Sequence record: SRR20825019_2588
Strand: one strand, 5' to 3'
DNA: 64,000 bases
Part shown: in pieces, positions 10,312 to 19,626 of the stretch
How positions within the stretch are numbered: the first letter of the stretch is position 1
Layout of the letters: each line of letters begins with the position of its first letter
Notes under the pieces: model-generated
Database searches by the model: none
Told to the model about the DNA's origin: nothing
What the model saw: only the letters and a program-made list of their open reading frames with translations
Made by a program: the position numbers and the translations under genes

Positions 10312-10617
10312 ATGAATAATAATTTAAAAAAACGCATACAAAACATGTATGTACGGGACTGTATCATGGCCTGGTCGGACATCATTCTACTCTGGCTGGC
10401 TGTGGGCTTCGTCCTCATTAGTATCTTAAGCATTGTCGATGATCCAGTTATTAGATGGGTCATGATTATCTCCAGTGCCTTACTGGTTCTTTTCAATACC
10501 ACGTCAGTCTGGGCTATGACCCATCATTACGCGGAAGACAAGGACTTTATATACGGTCTGGATATCAAGCATCTCGATCAAAATCGGGCAGCTAAAAATG
10601 ATGCAAGAGTCAATTAA
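10312..10617 (+). CDS. Small two-TM membrane protein
   Basis: GAGGA RBS, two hydrophobic segments, first gene of the permease cluster. Confidence 0.8.
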   Translation: MNNNLKKRIQNMYVRDCIMAWSDIILLWLAVGFVLISILSIVDDPVIRWVMIISSALLVLFNTTSVWAMTHHYAEDKDFIYGLDIKHLDQNRAAKNDARVN

Positions 10618-10629
10618 TGAGGAAATGCC

Positions 10630-11040
10630 ATGTCTACATATATACCCAAGATCCAGCATAAACGCGGTCAGTTAATTGACAGTCTGTTTATCCTGGTACT
10701 CGTTTACGTCAGTCTTTATATTCCCTTGTTTCTTGAGTCTGATACCAAGTCAGCCGAGGAAACAGTCACAGTCCAGTCCTATACCTGGGAATCACTGGGC
10801 GTCTCCGCCGTTGAACAGGAACAGTGGCAAAAGCTTGGTTACGACGAAGCTGCTGCTGCCGAGATCATCAACGACAAGTTTGATTACACCATTGACCCAC
10901 TGATGCTGGCCATTACCGCGCTGGTCATCATCGGCTACTTCTTTTTCGTCATACGAATCTCAGACAGACAGTATCGCGAAGTCATAGAAGAAAAATTTGG
11001 TGCTGATGAAAACCCATCCAAACGGGAGGCGACACAATGA
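10630..11040 (+). CDS. Two-TM membrane protein
   Basis: GAGGA RBS; two hydrophobic helices flanking an acidic loop. Confidence 0.8.
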   Translation: MSTYIPKIQHKRGQLIDSLFILVLVYVSLYIPLFLESDTKSAEETVTVQSYTWESLGVSAVEQEQWQKLGYDEAAAAEIINDKFDYTIDPLMLAITALVIIGYFFFVIRISDRQYREVIEEKFGADENPSKREATQ

Positions 11041-11216
11041 TTTACTGGCAAATTCTAAGTTATGCCGCCTGGATTATCTCCGGGTTGCTATTACTGTGGA
11101 TCCTGGTCGATGCCATTAGCGTATCGCGGGAGTTCGATGAAGAACTGCTTATCAGCTCCCGTGAGGGTGTCGATGAGATTCTTGATGAAATCAAGGAAGA
11201 AGGGGGCATCAAATGA
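11037..11216 (+). CDS. 59-aa single-TM protein (below the ORF track cutoff)
   Basis: MIYWQILSYAAWIISGLLLLWILVDAISVSREFDEELLISSREGVDEILDEIKEEGGIK; GGAGG RBS; ATGA overlaps with both neighbours. Confidence 0.85.
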   Translation: MIYWQILSYAAWIISGLLLLWILVDAISVSREFDEELLISSREGVDEILDEIKEEGGIK

Positions 11217-12607
11217 CTGCAGAAACTAAGGCGGCTGAAAACCCGCAACGCATTTCGATGTTCAAGGTGCTTAACCCTTTCCATGTCTGGGCATTGGGGG
11301 TCGGCATCGTTTTAGTCGGCGAGTTCATGGGCTGGAACTTTTCGGTCGCCAAGGGCGGGGCATATGGTGCCCTGATTGCCTGTTGGGTGATCGGGCTGCT
11401 CTATAGCTGTGTCGCCATGATCGACTCGGAAGTCACCTCAACAGTGGCAGCAGCAGGTGGCCAGTATACCCAGGCCAAGCATATTATCGGCCCGTTAATG
11501 GCCTTTAATGTCGGTCTGTTTCTGGTGATGGCCTATACCATGCTGGAGGCGGCGGATGCCCTGATAGTCGGGGATCTGATGTCTGCAGTGGCGGCGGCGA
11601 CCGGTTATGAAGGTTTGAGTCCACAACCCTTTGTGGTACTGACGATCGCATTTCTGGCCTGGCTCAACTACCGCGGGGTATTTATGACCCTGACGGTGAA
11701 CTTTGTCATTACACTGTTTGCCTTCCTGGCCATTATTGCCTTGTTTATCGGGACTGATCCGCTCAATCCGGGCAATATCCTCCGCCACAGTGATTTGCTG
11801 ACAGAACTGCCTTATGGCTGGATAGGGGTGGTTGCGTCCCTGCAGTTTGGCATGTGGTATTACCTCGGTATCGAGGGTACCTGTCAGGCGGCGGAAGAGG
11901 TCCGCAGTGCCGGTCGGTCTATACCACTGGGTACTATCGGTGGGATTCTGACCCTGCTGGTAGCAGCCTCTCTGACCTGGTATGTCGCGACGGGTCTGAT
12001 GCCGTGGCAGTATCTGGGACAAGCTGCCACGCCTTTGTATGATGCGGCTTCCATTATCGGTAATCCAAGTCTGCAGGTGGTATTGTTCATCGGTACGATG
12101 TTCGCAGCGATTGCTTCTGCCAATGGCTGTATCAATGATGCGGCGCGTGCCTGGTTCTCAATGGGACGGGATCGTTATATGCCGACCTGGTTCGGGGCGA
12201 TTCATCCGCATTACCGGACACCGTTCAGAGCCATTATCTTTCTGATTCCCATTGCGGTATCGTTTGCCTTCACCGGCTTGCTGGATCAGGTCATTACTTT
12301 CTCTATTCTGTCAGGTCTGCTGGGTTACACCTTCATGTCGATCAACATGATGCGGTTCAGAAAAATGTGGCCGCTGGATGTGATCAAGCGGGGTTATATC
12401 CATCCGTTCCATCCGATTCCGGCGCTGGTTTTGCTGGGTCTCTGCGCAGCCGTCTATTTTGCGACCTTCCTCGGTTACGGCGCTTCACTGCTGTCGATCA
12501 TGGCCTTCTACATCGTGGCTTCAGCGTGGTTTGTGATGCGTCGTTATCAGTTCGTGAAACGCGGTGATCAATTCACCATGCCTTGGCCGCGGCCACGGGG
12601 TTATTGA
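11213..12607 (+). CDS. APC-family permease (ethanolamine permease-like), probable methylamine transporter
   Basis: About 12 TM segments; WALGVGIVLVGEFMGWN, WYYLGIEG...AEE, MGRD motifs. Confidence 0.85.
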   Translation: MTAETKAAENPQRISMFKVLNPFHVWALGVGIVLVGEFMGWNFSVAKGGAYGALIACWVIGLLYSCVAMIDSEVTSTVAAAGGQYTQAKHIIGPLMAFNVGLFLVMAYTMLEAADALIVGDLMSAVAAATGYEGLSPQPFVVLTIAFLAWLNYRGVFMTLTVNFVITLFAFLAIIALFIGTDPLNPGNILRHSDLLTELPYGWIGVVASLQFGMWYYLGIEGTCQAAEEVRSAGRSIPLGTIGGILTLLVAASLTWYVATGLMPWQYLGQAATPLYDAASIIGNPSLQVVLFIGTMFAAIASANGCINDAARAWFSMGRDRYMPTWFGAIHPHYRTPFRAIIFLIPIAVSFAFTGLLDQVITFSILSGLLGYTFMSINMMRFRKMWPLDVIKRGYIHPFHPIPALVLLGLCAAVYFATFLGYGASLLSIMAFYIVASAWFVMRRYQFVKRGDQFTMPWPRPRGY

Positions 12608-12620
12608 GGAGGGATGACAA

Positions 12621-13049
12621 ATGAAAAAGATCTTATGTGCAACTGATGGCTCTCACAGCGCGCAAAAAGCCGTGGACTATGCCATTGAACTGGCAAAACT
12701 GGCGCAGGCCGAGCTGACCTTTATTCACGTCGTGATGTCGACGGCTGAGGAAATCTCTCATACCTACTTCTGGGACTCTAATGTACTGGGAGCAGCGGAT
12801 GATCAGATCCAGATGGAACTGCATGAAGCGATGCAAAAGGCCCATGACCGGGAACTGGAGCCGGTGTTTTGTACCACGGTGCCGGGACACAATATTGCCA
12901 AGGCGATTATTGATTATGCCGAAAGCAATGACCACGACCATGTGGTGACCGGTTCGGTGGGACGCACCGGCGTCTCCAAAGTCTTGCTGGGTTCGATTGC
13001 CCAGCAGGTTATCAGCAAGGCGCACTGTCCGGTAACGGTGGTGCGCTGA
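12621..13049 (+). CDS. Universal stress protein
   Basis: KKILCATDGS..A; GSVGRTGVSKVLLGSIA..V...AHCPVTVVR. Confidence 0.92.
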   Translation: MKKILCATDGSHSAQKAVDYAIELAKLAQAELTFIHVVMSTAEEISHTYFWDSNVLGAADDQIQMELHEAMQKAHDRELEPVFCTTVPGHNIAKAIIDYAESNDHDHVVTGSVGRTGVSKVLLGSIAQQVISKAHCPVTVVR

Positions 13050-13055
13050 TTCCTT

Positions 13056-13087
13056 GCCCCGCGGCATTACGCTGCGGGGCCTTTTTT
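13056..13087 (+). terminator. Rho-independent terminator
   Basis: GCCCCGCGGC-ATTAC-GCTGCGGGGC followed by a T-run. Confidence 0.8.
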
Positions 13088-13105
13088 GCTGATAAGGAGG
13101 CAAAA

Positions 13106-13777
13106 ATGACGCAATTTATTTTTGTTATGGCAGCCGTTTTCAGTGTCTTGTTGTGGCGGATGTACCAGCATCATCATCGCATGGTGATGCAGGCTAGATC
13201 GGATCTGTTAAGTCAGAGCAGCAAGGTCATCAATATCAAAAAGAGTGTGGCTGACCGGGCAGGATTTCAGCATCTACTGGGCGATTTCGATGGCACCAGC
13301 GTGGGGTTGAAACTGGAAGTGGATAATCTGACTGCCCGTAAGTTACCGGTGATGTGGCTGCATATCACGATGCGGCGGCCGGAGGAGAGCAGGGGCAGTC
13401 TTGATATCCTGGTTAGACCCCATACCAGCGATGTATTCAGTCCCGGCTGGAACTGGAATAAACCGGTAACACCGCTTAAAGGCTGGCCGCAACATGCCCG
13501 CTATGTCAGTCGTGAGAGTACGCCGTCCCTGGAGTCTATCGACAGTGATGTAAAGACGGTTTTCGCCGATCAGAGGGCCAAGGAATTATTGATTACACCT
13601 GAGACGGTACGACTGACCTATCTCATTCGACAGGCGGAGCGGGGTCAATACCTGCTTTTACGCAGCGCCGAGTTTGATATGCAGCCGATTGATTCGGCCG
13701 AAATAGCGGCCCTGAACCGTCAGTTACAAAAATTGCTGGCTAAGCTCGATGGAGTGCGATGTGATGAAGCAGCGTGA
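13106..13777 (+). CDS. Membrane-anchored hypothetical protein
   Basis: AGGAGG RBS; N-terminal TM; 223-aa ORF. Confidence 0.75.
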   Translation: MTQFIFVMAAVFSVLLWRMYQHHHRMVMQARSDLLSQSSKVINIKKSVADRAGFQHLLGDFDGTSVGLKLEVDNLTARKLPVMWLHITMRRPEESRGSLDILVRPHTSDVFSPGWNWNKPVTPLKGWPQHARYVSRESTPSLESIDSDVKTVFADQRAKELLITPETVRLTYLIRQAERGQYLLLRSAEFDMQPIDSAEIAALNRQLQKLLAKLDGVRCDEAA

Positions 13778-14048
13778 TGCATCAACAATCAGACCATGGC
13801 ATCCCTACCTGGTGCTACTGGTTGCCATAGTTCTCCCCGGGGTCGGACAGGTACTGAATCAGACACCATTGCGGGGCCTGACCATGGTGTTTTTCATGAT
13901 GGTCCTGGCCATGGTGACATTTCAGTTTGCCGGGCCGGAGGTTTCCGTGATCGGCCAGTTTGCCGGTGGCATCTTTATTTACGCCCTGTCAGTCATGGAT
14001 GCGTATTTGTGGGCGCGAGTGCGTTGGCAGCAGGCACGATACGTCTGA
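13764..14048 (+). CDS. Small three-TM hypothetical protein
   Basis: GGAG RBS at 13751 favours ATG 13764; LPGVGQVLN and ..DAY motifs; overlaps the upstream gene. Confidence 0.7.
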   Translation: MKQRDASTIRPWHPYLVLLVAIVLPGVGQVLNQTPLRGLTMVFFMMVLAMVTFQFAGPEVSVIGQFAGGIFIYALSVMDAYLWARVRWQQARYV

Positions 14049-14074
14049 CAGTTTTTAAATATTTTTTGATCCAC

Positions 14075-14133
14075 TACTCCCTTGGAAGTACTGCCACAAG
14101 GGAATTATCAAGTTCGTCTTAACACGCTAAGTT
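14075..14133 (+). promoter_or_regulatory. 7-2-7 box plus sigma70 promoter of the APC permease
   Basis: TACTCCC-TT-GGAAGTA, 14 bp, TTATCA-N17-TAAGTT. Confidence 0.7.
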
Positions 14134-14247
14134 CGAATCAGACTTTCTGAAGTCTCAAAGGGGAAAATAGCTGCATCGTTTTCTTCCTGGAAATAAACAG
14201 CCAAAGTCCCGGCAACAAGACTGTCGAACTGAAGCGGAGATGACACT

Positions 14248-15738
14248 ATGAGTGATATTAAGCTGAACAATACAGGCACCGGTTCCGGTGCAGCGCAGGC
14301 AGGCTCGGTGCATGAGGATGAATCCCTGGAACGGTCGATTGACTGGAAACAGGGACTCGCCATAGCATCGGGCGTGCCATTATTGATTTTACCTTCGCTG
14401 GGTTACTTCCCGATGTGGGTCGCAGCTGCTGCCATCCTGGTCTGGGGGCTGTCTGTGTTACAGGGATTTATGCAGAACCTGGCTTATGCTGAATTGGCGA
14501 CAACCTTTCCAAAATCATCCGGTCTGCCGGGCTTTGCCCAGCATGTGTTTAAAACCAGGGATTACCAGGGTGACTTTGACAAAGGCAAGCTGATAGGCGG
14601 TTTCAGTGCCTGGAGTTACTGGTTTGCCTGGAATCCGGTACTGGCTATTTTCGCCATACTGGTCGGCAGTTATTTACACGGACTCTTCCCCGGTCTGGGT
14701 GAGCTATTCACTGAATATCAACTCTCACTGCTCTCCGGCGGGGTTATTTTCAGCGGTTTGATTGCGATCAATTACTTTGGCCTGAAAGACAGTGCGGTGC
14801 TGGGTTATGTGCTGGCCGGTGTGGCGCTGGTGCCCCTGGTCGTGATGACGCTGACACCCTTTGCTACCGGTGCGGTAGATATCAGTAACATCAGTAATAA
14901 CTGGTTACCGGTCGACTGGTCCTGGGATTTGCATCATATTCTGATTCTGTTCGGACTGTTTGCGATTGCCCAATGGAGTGCCTGTGCGTGGGAAACAGCC
15001 GCGATTTACGGACCTGAGTATAAAAACCCGTCGAAAGATGTACCCAAAGCCTTGTTTGTCTGTGGTGCCATCTGCCTGTTGTCGTTTGTGTTGGTACAGG
15101 CTGCAGTCATTGGTGTACTGGGCGTAGAAGGCGTGCTGGCCGAACCCATTTCGCCGATGATTCCGGTGGCAGAGGCGGCCTTTGGCGCATCGGGTTCGGT
15201 GATCGCTATTGTCATGCTGATTGCGGCGATGGTGTTGATTATCCAGACGGCCTATCTCGGTTCCGCTCGTGCCATGCACTCCATGGCCACTGAAGGCAAT
15301 CTGCCGCGGGTTTTCGGCAGAGTCAATAAACATGGCACACCGGTGGTAGCCATGGTGGCGATCGGCCTGTTTAACCTGGTACTGATTTCAATGGGAACAC
15401 CGGCAGCCATTCTGGCCGCTTCAGCGATTGGCTATACCTGTGCCAATGGCATCAGTCTGTTTGCCTACGTCAAAGCGAAAAGTCATCCAAACTTCGCTGA
15501 ACTTGAAAGACCGTTCAGCGCACCCAAAGGCTGGAAAAATGTGGCCTTGATGTTCGGTTTATTCAATATTCCGCTGTGTCTGATTGGGGTGGTGTATCTC
15601 AACAGTCTGGAAGTCGGCTGGTTCTCCACCTGGATTGGTTTCATCGTACTGTCACTGTATCTGCCGTTGTGGCTTTACTCTCAGTACGAAACCCGCCAGT
15701 CAACTGCGTTGGCTGCAGCCGTGCCGGCAGGTGAGTGA
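14248..15738 (+). CDS. APC-family permease, probable methylated-amine permease
   Basis: About 12 TM segments; LERSIDWKQGLAIASGVPLLILPSLG, AYAELATTFP, WETAAIYGPEYKNP. Confidence 0.85.
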   Translation: MSDIKLNNTGTGSGAAQAGSVHEDESLERSIDWKQGLAIASGVPLLILPSLGYFPMWVAAAAILVWGLSVLQGFMQNLAYAELATTFPKSSGLPGFAQHVFKTRDYQGDFDKGKLIGGFSAWSYWFAWNPVLAIFAILVGSYLHGLFPGLGELFTEYQLSLLSGGVIFSGLIAINYFGLKDSAVLGYVLAGVALVPLVVMTLTPFATGAVDISNISNNWLPVDWSWDLHHILILFGLFAIAQWSACAWETAAIYGPEYKNPSKDVPKALFVCGAICLLSFVLVQAAVIGVLGVEGVLAEPISPMIPVAEAAFGASGSVIAIVMLIAAMVLIIQTAYLGSARAMHSMATEGNLPRVFGRVNKHGTPVVAMVAIGLFNLVLISMGTPAAILAASAIGYTCANGISLFAYVKAKSHPNFAELERPFSAPKGWKNVALMFGLFNIPLCLIGVVYLNSLEVGWFSTWIGFIVLSLYLPLWLYSQYETRQSTALAAAVPAGE

Positions 15739-15739
15739 G

Positions 15740-15928
15740 ATGGCCTTGTTAAAGCTGTCCCGAATCCTGAAGTCTGTTTATAACAGTCTGCTCAGCCTGA
15801 TGGTTAACGGCTGGATGTCGGGCAGTTACACCGGGGCAGTCCTGACCGGTGAATATCATTCGGTCAACACCGTGCCGGGTACAGATTCAGGCTTGCCTGG
15901 TCCGGATTCACAGCTTGAGCTGATTTGA
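15740..15928 (+). CDS. Possible 62-aa small protein
   Basis: ATG 1 nt after the permease stop, AGGTGAG RBS-like sequence, ends just before a terminator; no recognisable motif. Confidence 0.4.
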   Translation: MALLKLSRILKSVYNSLLSLMVNGWMSGSYTGAVLTGEYHSVNTVPGTDSGLPGPDSQLELI

Positions 15929-15943
15929 TTCAGCCATAGCCAT

Positions 15944-15977
15944 TGCCGGTATCGAAGTTGGATACCGGCATTTTTTT
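15944..15977 (+). terminator. Rho-independent terminator
   Basis: TGCCGGTATC-GAAGTTG-GATACCGGCA followed by T7. Confidence 0.85.
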
Positions 15978-15986
15978 AGCGTTTCG

Positions 15987-16045
15987 TAACCCCTAGGTAG
16001 TAATCCTTCTTTGGAATTGTTGGCAGGGGTGACGGAATAGATAAT
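15987..16045 (+). promoter_or_regulatory. 7-2-7 box plus sigma70 promoter of the leader RNA/folE2 operon
   Basis: TAACCCC-TA-GGTAGTA, 14 bp, TTGTTG-N17-GATAAT. Confidence 0.75.
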
Positions 16046-16051
16046 GAAACT

Positions 16052-16200
16052 GAAGCTGCTTTGATTAAAGCGATTCAGCTTCTTCATGGTTATCCTCTAA
16101 CCCGTTCTCTCGTTGGGACGTTGGGGGTGAACTGTCACAGCCGAGCCACTGTTCTCAATGGCATGTGACAAGGCAGTCGACAGTTCACCCTCCTTTTTTT
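16052..16200 (+). ncRNA. Candidate structured leader RNA (riboswitch/attenuator) or sRNA upstream of folE2
   Basis: 5' hairpin 16052-16082; anti-SD/anti-AUG tract 16083-16098; 14-bp stem 16123-16136/16179-16192 plus T7; competing helices. Confidence 0.55.
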
Positions 16201-16252
16201 GGTAACCACGAATAACAACGACTGGAAAGTCTATAAGATAAGGATTAGCGTT

Positions 16253-17059
16253 ATGAACCTGCCGCTCAATACTGGTCTGGAAGATGTTCAGAACACCCCC
16301 GATAAACGCCAGCTGGCTATAGACCAGGTCGGCATCAAATCCTTACGTTACCCGATTTTTTTCCGAAGCGATGAAGCTGGTCCGACCCGCGTGGTGGCTG
16401 ACTTCAGTATGTATGTGCGTTTGCCTCATCATGTGAAAGGCACCCATATGTCACGCTTTATTGAACTGCTGGAGAGACCCGAACAGGTTTTTGCAGTCAA
16501 TCATATGCATACCTTCATGCGTGACATGCTGGATCTGCTGGAAGCGGAAAACGGCCATGTCGAAATGCGCTTCCCGTTCTTTCTGGCCAAGTCGGCACCG
16601 GTGTCTGGTGTCACTAGCATGATGGACTACGATGTGACGCTCAAGGCTGATATTGGAGAGCGCTTTGCACTGACGGTCAAAGCCGAGATCCCGGTGACCA
16701 GCCTCTGCCCCTGTTCCAAGAAGATTTCTGCCTATGGTGCTCACAATCAGCGTTCGCTGGTCACGGTGGAAGTTGAAGTTGATGACAGCATGAGCCTGGA
16801 TCAATTAATTCGAATGGTTGAAGAACAGGCATCAAGTCAGCTCTATGGCCTGCTCAAGCGTCCGGATGAGAAATTCGTCACCGAATATGCCTATGACAAT
16901 CCGAAGTTCGTGGAAGACCTGGTTAGGGATATCGCCGGTGCGCTGGACAAAGCCTCTGCCATTGGCGGCTTCCGGGTCGAGTGCGAAAACTTCGAATCGA
17001 TTCACAATCACTCTGCCTACGCCATGATTGATCGTTTGTCAGGAGACCGTCATGAATAG
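16253..17059 (+). CDS. folE2: GTP cyclohydrolase I type IB (FolE2)
   Basis: KGTHMSRF, VTSLCPCSK, GAHNQRS, LLKRPDEK.VTE.AYDNPKFVED, ESIHNHSAYA; start moved to ATG 16253 (AGGA RBS). Confidence 0.93.
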   Translation: MNLPLNTGLEDVQNTPDKRQLAIDQVGIKSLRYPIFFRSDEAGPTRVVADFSMYVRLPHHVKGTHMSRFIELLERPEQVFAVNHMHTFMRDMLDLLEAENGHVEMRFPFFLAKSAPVSGVTSMMDYDVTLKADIGERFALTVKAEIPVTSLCPCSKKISAYGAHNQRSLVTVEVEVDDSMSLDQLIRMVEEQASSQLYGLLKRPDEKFVTEYAYDNPKFVEDLVRDIAGALDKASAIGGFRVECENFESIHNHSAYAMIDRLSGDRHE

Positions 17060-18212
17060 TCCGACCCTCCCCTTTGCGCCCAAACCGGGCCAGACTGCGA
17101 TTTCACCGATTGAGGACATCATCGCCGATATCCGTCAGGGCAAAATGGTGGTACTGATGGATGATGAGGATCGTGAAAATGAAGGCGATCTGATCATGGC
17201 TGCGGATGCGGTTGATGCGGCGGCCATTAATTTTATGGCGATGCATGGCCGTGGTCTGATTTGTCTTACACTGACAGAAGCGCGCTGCCGTCAGCTTGAA
17301 TTACCGTTGATGGTAAAAAATAACGGGACTGGACTGGGCACTAACTTTACCGTGTCGATTGAAGCGGCTGAGGGCGTCACAACCGGTATTTCCACGGCAG
17401 ACAGGGCCAGAACGGTTCAGGCAGCAGTCGCCAAAAATGCGCAAGCAACAGATATTGTCAGCCCCGGTCATATTTTCCCGCTTCAGGCGCAACAGGGCGG
17501 GGTGCTGGCTCGAGCCGGTCATACCGAGGCCGGTTGTGACCTGAGTAAACTGGCCGGGCGCGAACCCGCGTCCGTTATCTGTGAAATCATGAATGATGAC
17601 GGCAGCATGGCAAGACTGCCGGACTTGCTAAAGTTTGCAGATAAACATCAGCTCAAAGTGGGCACGATTGCCGACCTGATCGAATACCGTCGTCGCAATG
17701 AGCGTCTGGTTGCTTTTGAAGATCGTCGTTATATCAGCACTTTGTACGGCAGCTTTGAGATGGTCAGCTATCGTGATCTCACTTCAGACTTAACCCATGT
17801 GGCGCTGATTTGTGGTGAGCCACAAACTCAGAATGCCACCCTGGTACGGGTTCATGCCCCGATCAATAACTTTGATTTTCTGGATAACCAGCGTCACGGT
17901 CACACCTGGAGCGTCACCGAAGCCATGCAGCATATACAGGCAGCCGGTGAAGGGGTCCTGTTGCTGATCAAGGGCGATGAACAGGAATGGCAGGCACAGG
18001 TTGAAGGCGAACGTCACTTTGAAGAAGAGTATGTGCTCAAGCACTACGGCATTGGTGCCCAGATTCTCAAAGAGTTAGGCATCGGCCGTATGCGGTTGAT
18101 GACCTGGCCCAGAAAACTGCCCTCGATGAGTGGTTTTGGCCTTTCCGTCGAGGAGTATGTGCTGCCTGAAGATTTGAGCGAACGGGCGCTGGCTGATTTA
18201 TCACGGGCTTAG
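17052..18212 (+). CDS. ribB: 3,4-dihydroxy-2-butanone-4-phosphate synthase fused to a degenerate GTP cyclohydrolase II domain (RibBX type)
   Basis: [37 protein letters not shown]. The C-terminal domain lacks the Zn-binding Cys motif of RibA. AGGAG RBS before ATG 17052. Confidence 0.9.
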   Translation: MNSPTLPFAPKPGQTAISPIEDIIADIRQGKMVVLMDDEDRENEGDLIMAADAVDAAAINFMAMHGRGLICLTLTEARCRQLELPLMVKNNGTGLGTNFTVSIEAAEGVTTGISTADRARTVQAAVAKNAQATDIVSPGHIFPLQAQQGGVLARAGHTEAGCDLSKLAGREPASVICEIMNDDGSMARLPDLLKFADKHQLKVGTIADLIEYRRRNERLVAFEDRRYISTLYGSFEMVSYRDLTSDLTHVALICGEPQTQNATLVRVHAPINNFDFLDNQRHGHTWSVTEAMQHIQAAGEGVLLLIKGDEQEWQAQVEGERHFEEEYVLKHYGIGAQILKELGIGRMRLMTWPRKLPSMSGFGLSVEEYVLPEDLSERALADLSRA

Positions 18213-18221
18213 GAGAGCCGG

Positions 18222-19286
18222 ATGAGCAGCTATAGCGATTACGCGCTTCAGCAACATTTTGTACGTCACCAGCGCTGGGGCTTCAGATGGGCGTTGTGGA
18301 CCGCCGTGTTATGGGGTGCCTGGTATATTCCGGGCACGGCCTTATGGTACGAATATCCCTATAACAGCATCAGTCCGGATAATCAGGGACAACGCCTGGT
18401 TGCTACGGCGGTAATGACCTGGATTCATGCGCTGGCCGTTTTCGTTTTCCTTGCAGTCTGGAATGGCAGCCTCGGCAAGCTCAGAGATTACGGCCGTACC
18501 CTGGTGCGGTTTCGGAAGATTTCCAAATGGTATGCACTGGCCTCTTTGTTCGGCGGTCCCATGGCAATATTCGGCTCCTACATGGCAATGGGATTCGTCG
18601 GGCCAGTGTTTGCCGCCGTGACATCACTGTTCTATCCGGTCGTTGGGGCCGTGATAGCCCGGCTCTGGTATCAGGAAAAAATTTCCGCACAGGCGGCACT
18701 GGGCATGGCGATCATTATCATGGGTGGCGTCGTGATTTACGGACCGGGTTTCTTCGGTGAACTGGGTGATGACGGCAGTTATGTCTGGCTCGGTTATCTC
18801 GGTGGGATTCTCTCCGCTATCGGCTGGGGGGCAGAGGGTGCGGTCGCTTCCAGAGCGATGGATGTCACCGATCCGGATGTCGGTATCCAGTGCCGTTTCA
18901 GTTTTGAAATTTTATTCTGGGGATTACTGGTGCTGCCCGCGGTGATGGTGTTGACCGATCAACCGGTCTGGTTTCTGCTAAAAGAAACCCTGCTGACGCC
19001 TGTTGCCATGACCTGGATGTTGCTGGCATCGGTCTGTCATGCATTCTGCTATACCGCATTCTACAAGAGCTTTTCTCTGATTGGCGTCAGCCGGGGTGAA
19101 GCCATCGGTAATCTTTACGGTGTGTTTGCCGTGATCTTTGTGGCACTGGTCACGCTGGAATTACCGGAATGGTATTTTCTGCTCGGTCTGGCTTTAACCA
19201 TTATCGGTAGTTTTGTGATGTTCCGGGAACCTGCAGAGGCAGTGGCTCAACTGCGTTCGGTCACCGAAACGCCGGGGGCCGGATGA
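18222..19286 (+). CDS. DMT (EamA-like) transporter, candidate trimethylamine permease
   Basis: About 10 TM segments in two EamA-like halves; GGP.A..SY..AMG and W..EKIS motifs; AGGAG RBS. Confidence 0.8.
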   Translation: MSSYSDYALQQHFVRHQRWGFRWALWTAVLWGAWYIPGTALWYEYPYNSISPDNQGQRLVATAVMTWIHALAVFVFLAVWNGSLGKLRDYGRTLVRFRKISKWYALASLFGGPMAIFGSYMAMGFVGPVFAAVTSLFYPVVGAVIARLWYQEKISAQAALGMAIIIMGGVVIYGPGFFGELGDDGSYVWLGYLGGILSAIGWGAEGAVASRAMDVTDPDVGIQCRFSFEILFWGLLVLPAVMVLTDQPVWFLLKETLLTPVAMTWMLLASVCHAFCYTAFYKSFSLIGVSRGEAIGNLYGVFAVIFVALVTLELPEWYFLLGLALTIIGSFVMFREPAEAVAQLRSVTETPGAG

Positions 19287-19555
19287 AGCTGCATCACAAA
19301 GGCTATATGCTGGTGTTGCTGGAACGAAAGCAACTGGCGTGGGACGATGTGCTGATTGGCGAGGCGATGCAGGAATATCAACTGTCCGGTCGTTACTGGC
19401 TGAATCATTTTCGCATCATCCTTGATGAACTGGCCTCAGCCGGTTTGATAAGCCGTGAAGATCACCGGCTGGATAATAGGACCGATCGGCTGATATTCCA
19501 GTATGCTTTATCCGGTTTCGGCCGCCAGCGTATGCAAGATACCGGATTGCTGTAA
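19283..19555 (+). CDS. Small cytoplasmic protein, winged-helix-like, coupled to the DMT transporter
   Basis: ATGA overlap; LDELASAGLI...YALSGFGR resembles a wHTH wing pattern. Confidence 0.75.
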   Translation: MKLHHKGYMLVLLERKQLAWDDVLIGEAMQEYQLSGRYWLNHFRIILDELASAGLISREDHRLDNRTDRLIFQYALSGFGRQRMQDTGLL

Positions 19556-19569
19556 ATCTCGTTAAGCAA

Positions 19570-19612
19570 GTGAGGACGACCTCACCGTGCTATTTTCGTC
19601 GGGGACGGCCCC
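19570..19612 (+). ncRNA. Guanidine-II (mini-ykkC) riboswitch
   Basis: Two hairpins with ACGR loops, GTGAGG-ACGA-CCTCAC and GGGG-ACGG-CCCC, immediately before the AAGGAG RBS of an SMR gene. Confidence 0.92.
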
Positions 19613-19626
19613 ATAAGGAGTGAATC

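Noticed and set aside
15908-16087. Minus-strand 59-aa ORF with GAGGA RBS (MKKLNRFNQ...)
   Set aside because: Crosses a promoter, operator and terminator of the plus strand and has no protein-like features; better explained as an anti-SD tract of the leader RNA.
16052-16200. FMN, THF or ZTP riboswitch
   Set aside because: The conserved core sequences of those classes are not visible by eye; an Rfam scan is still needed.
17600-18212. Active GTP cyclohydrolase II (ribA)
   Set aside because: Zn-binding cysteine motif is absent.
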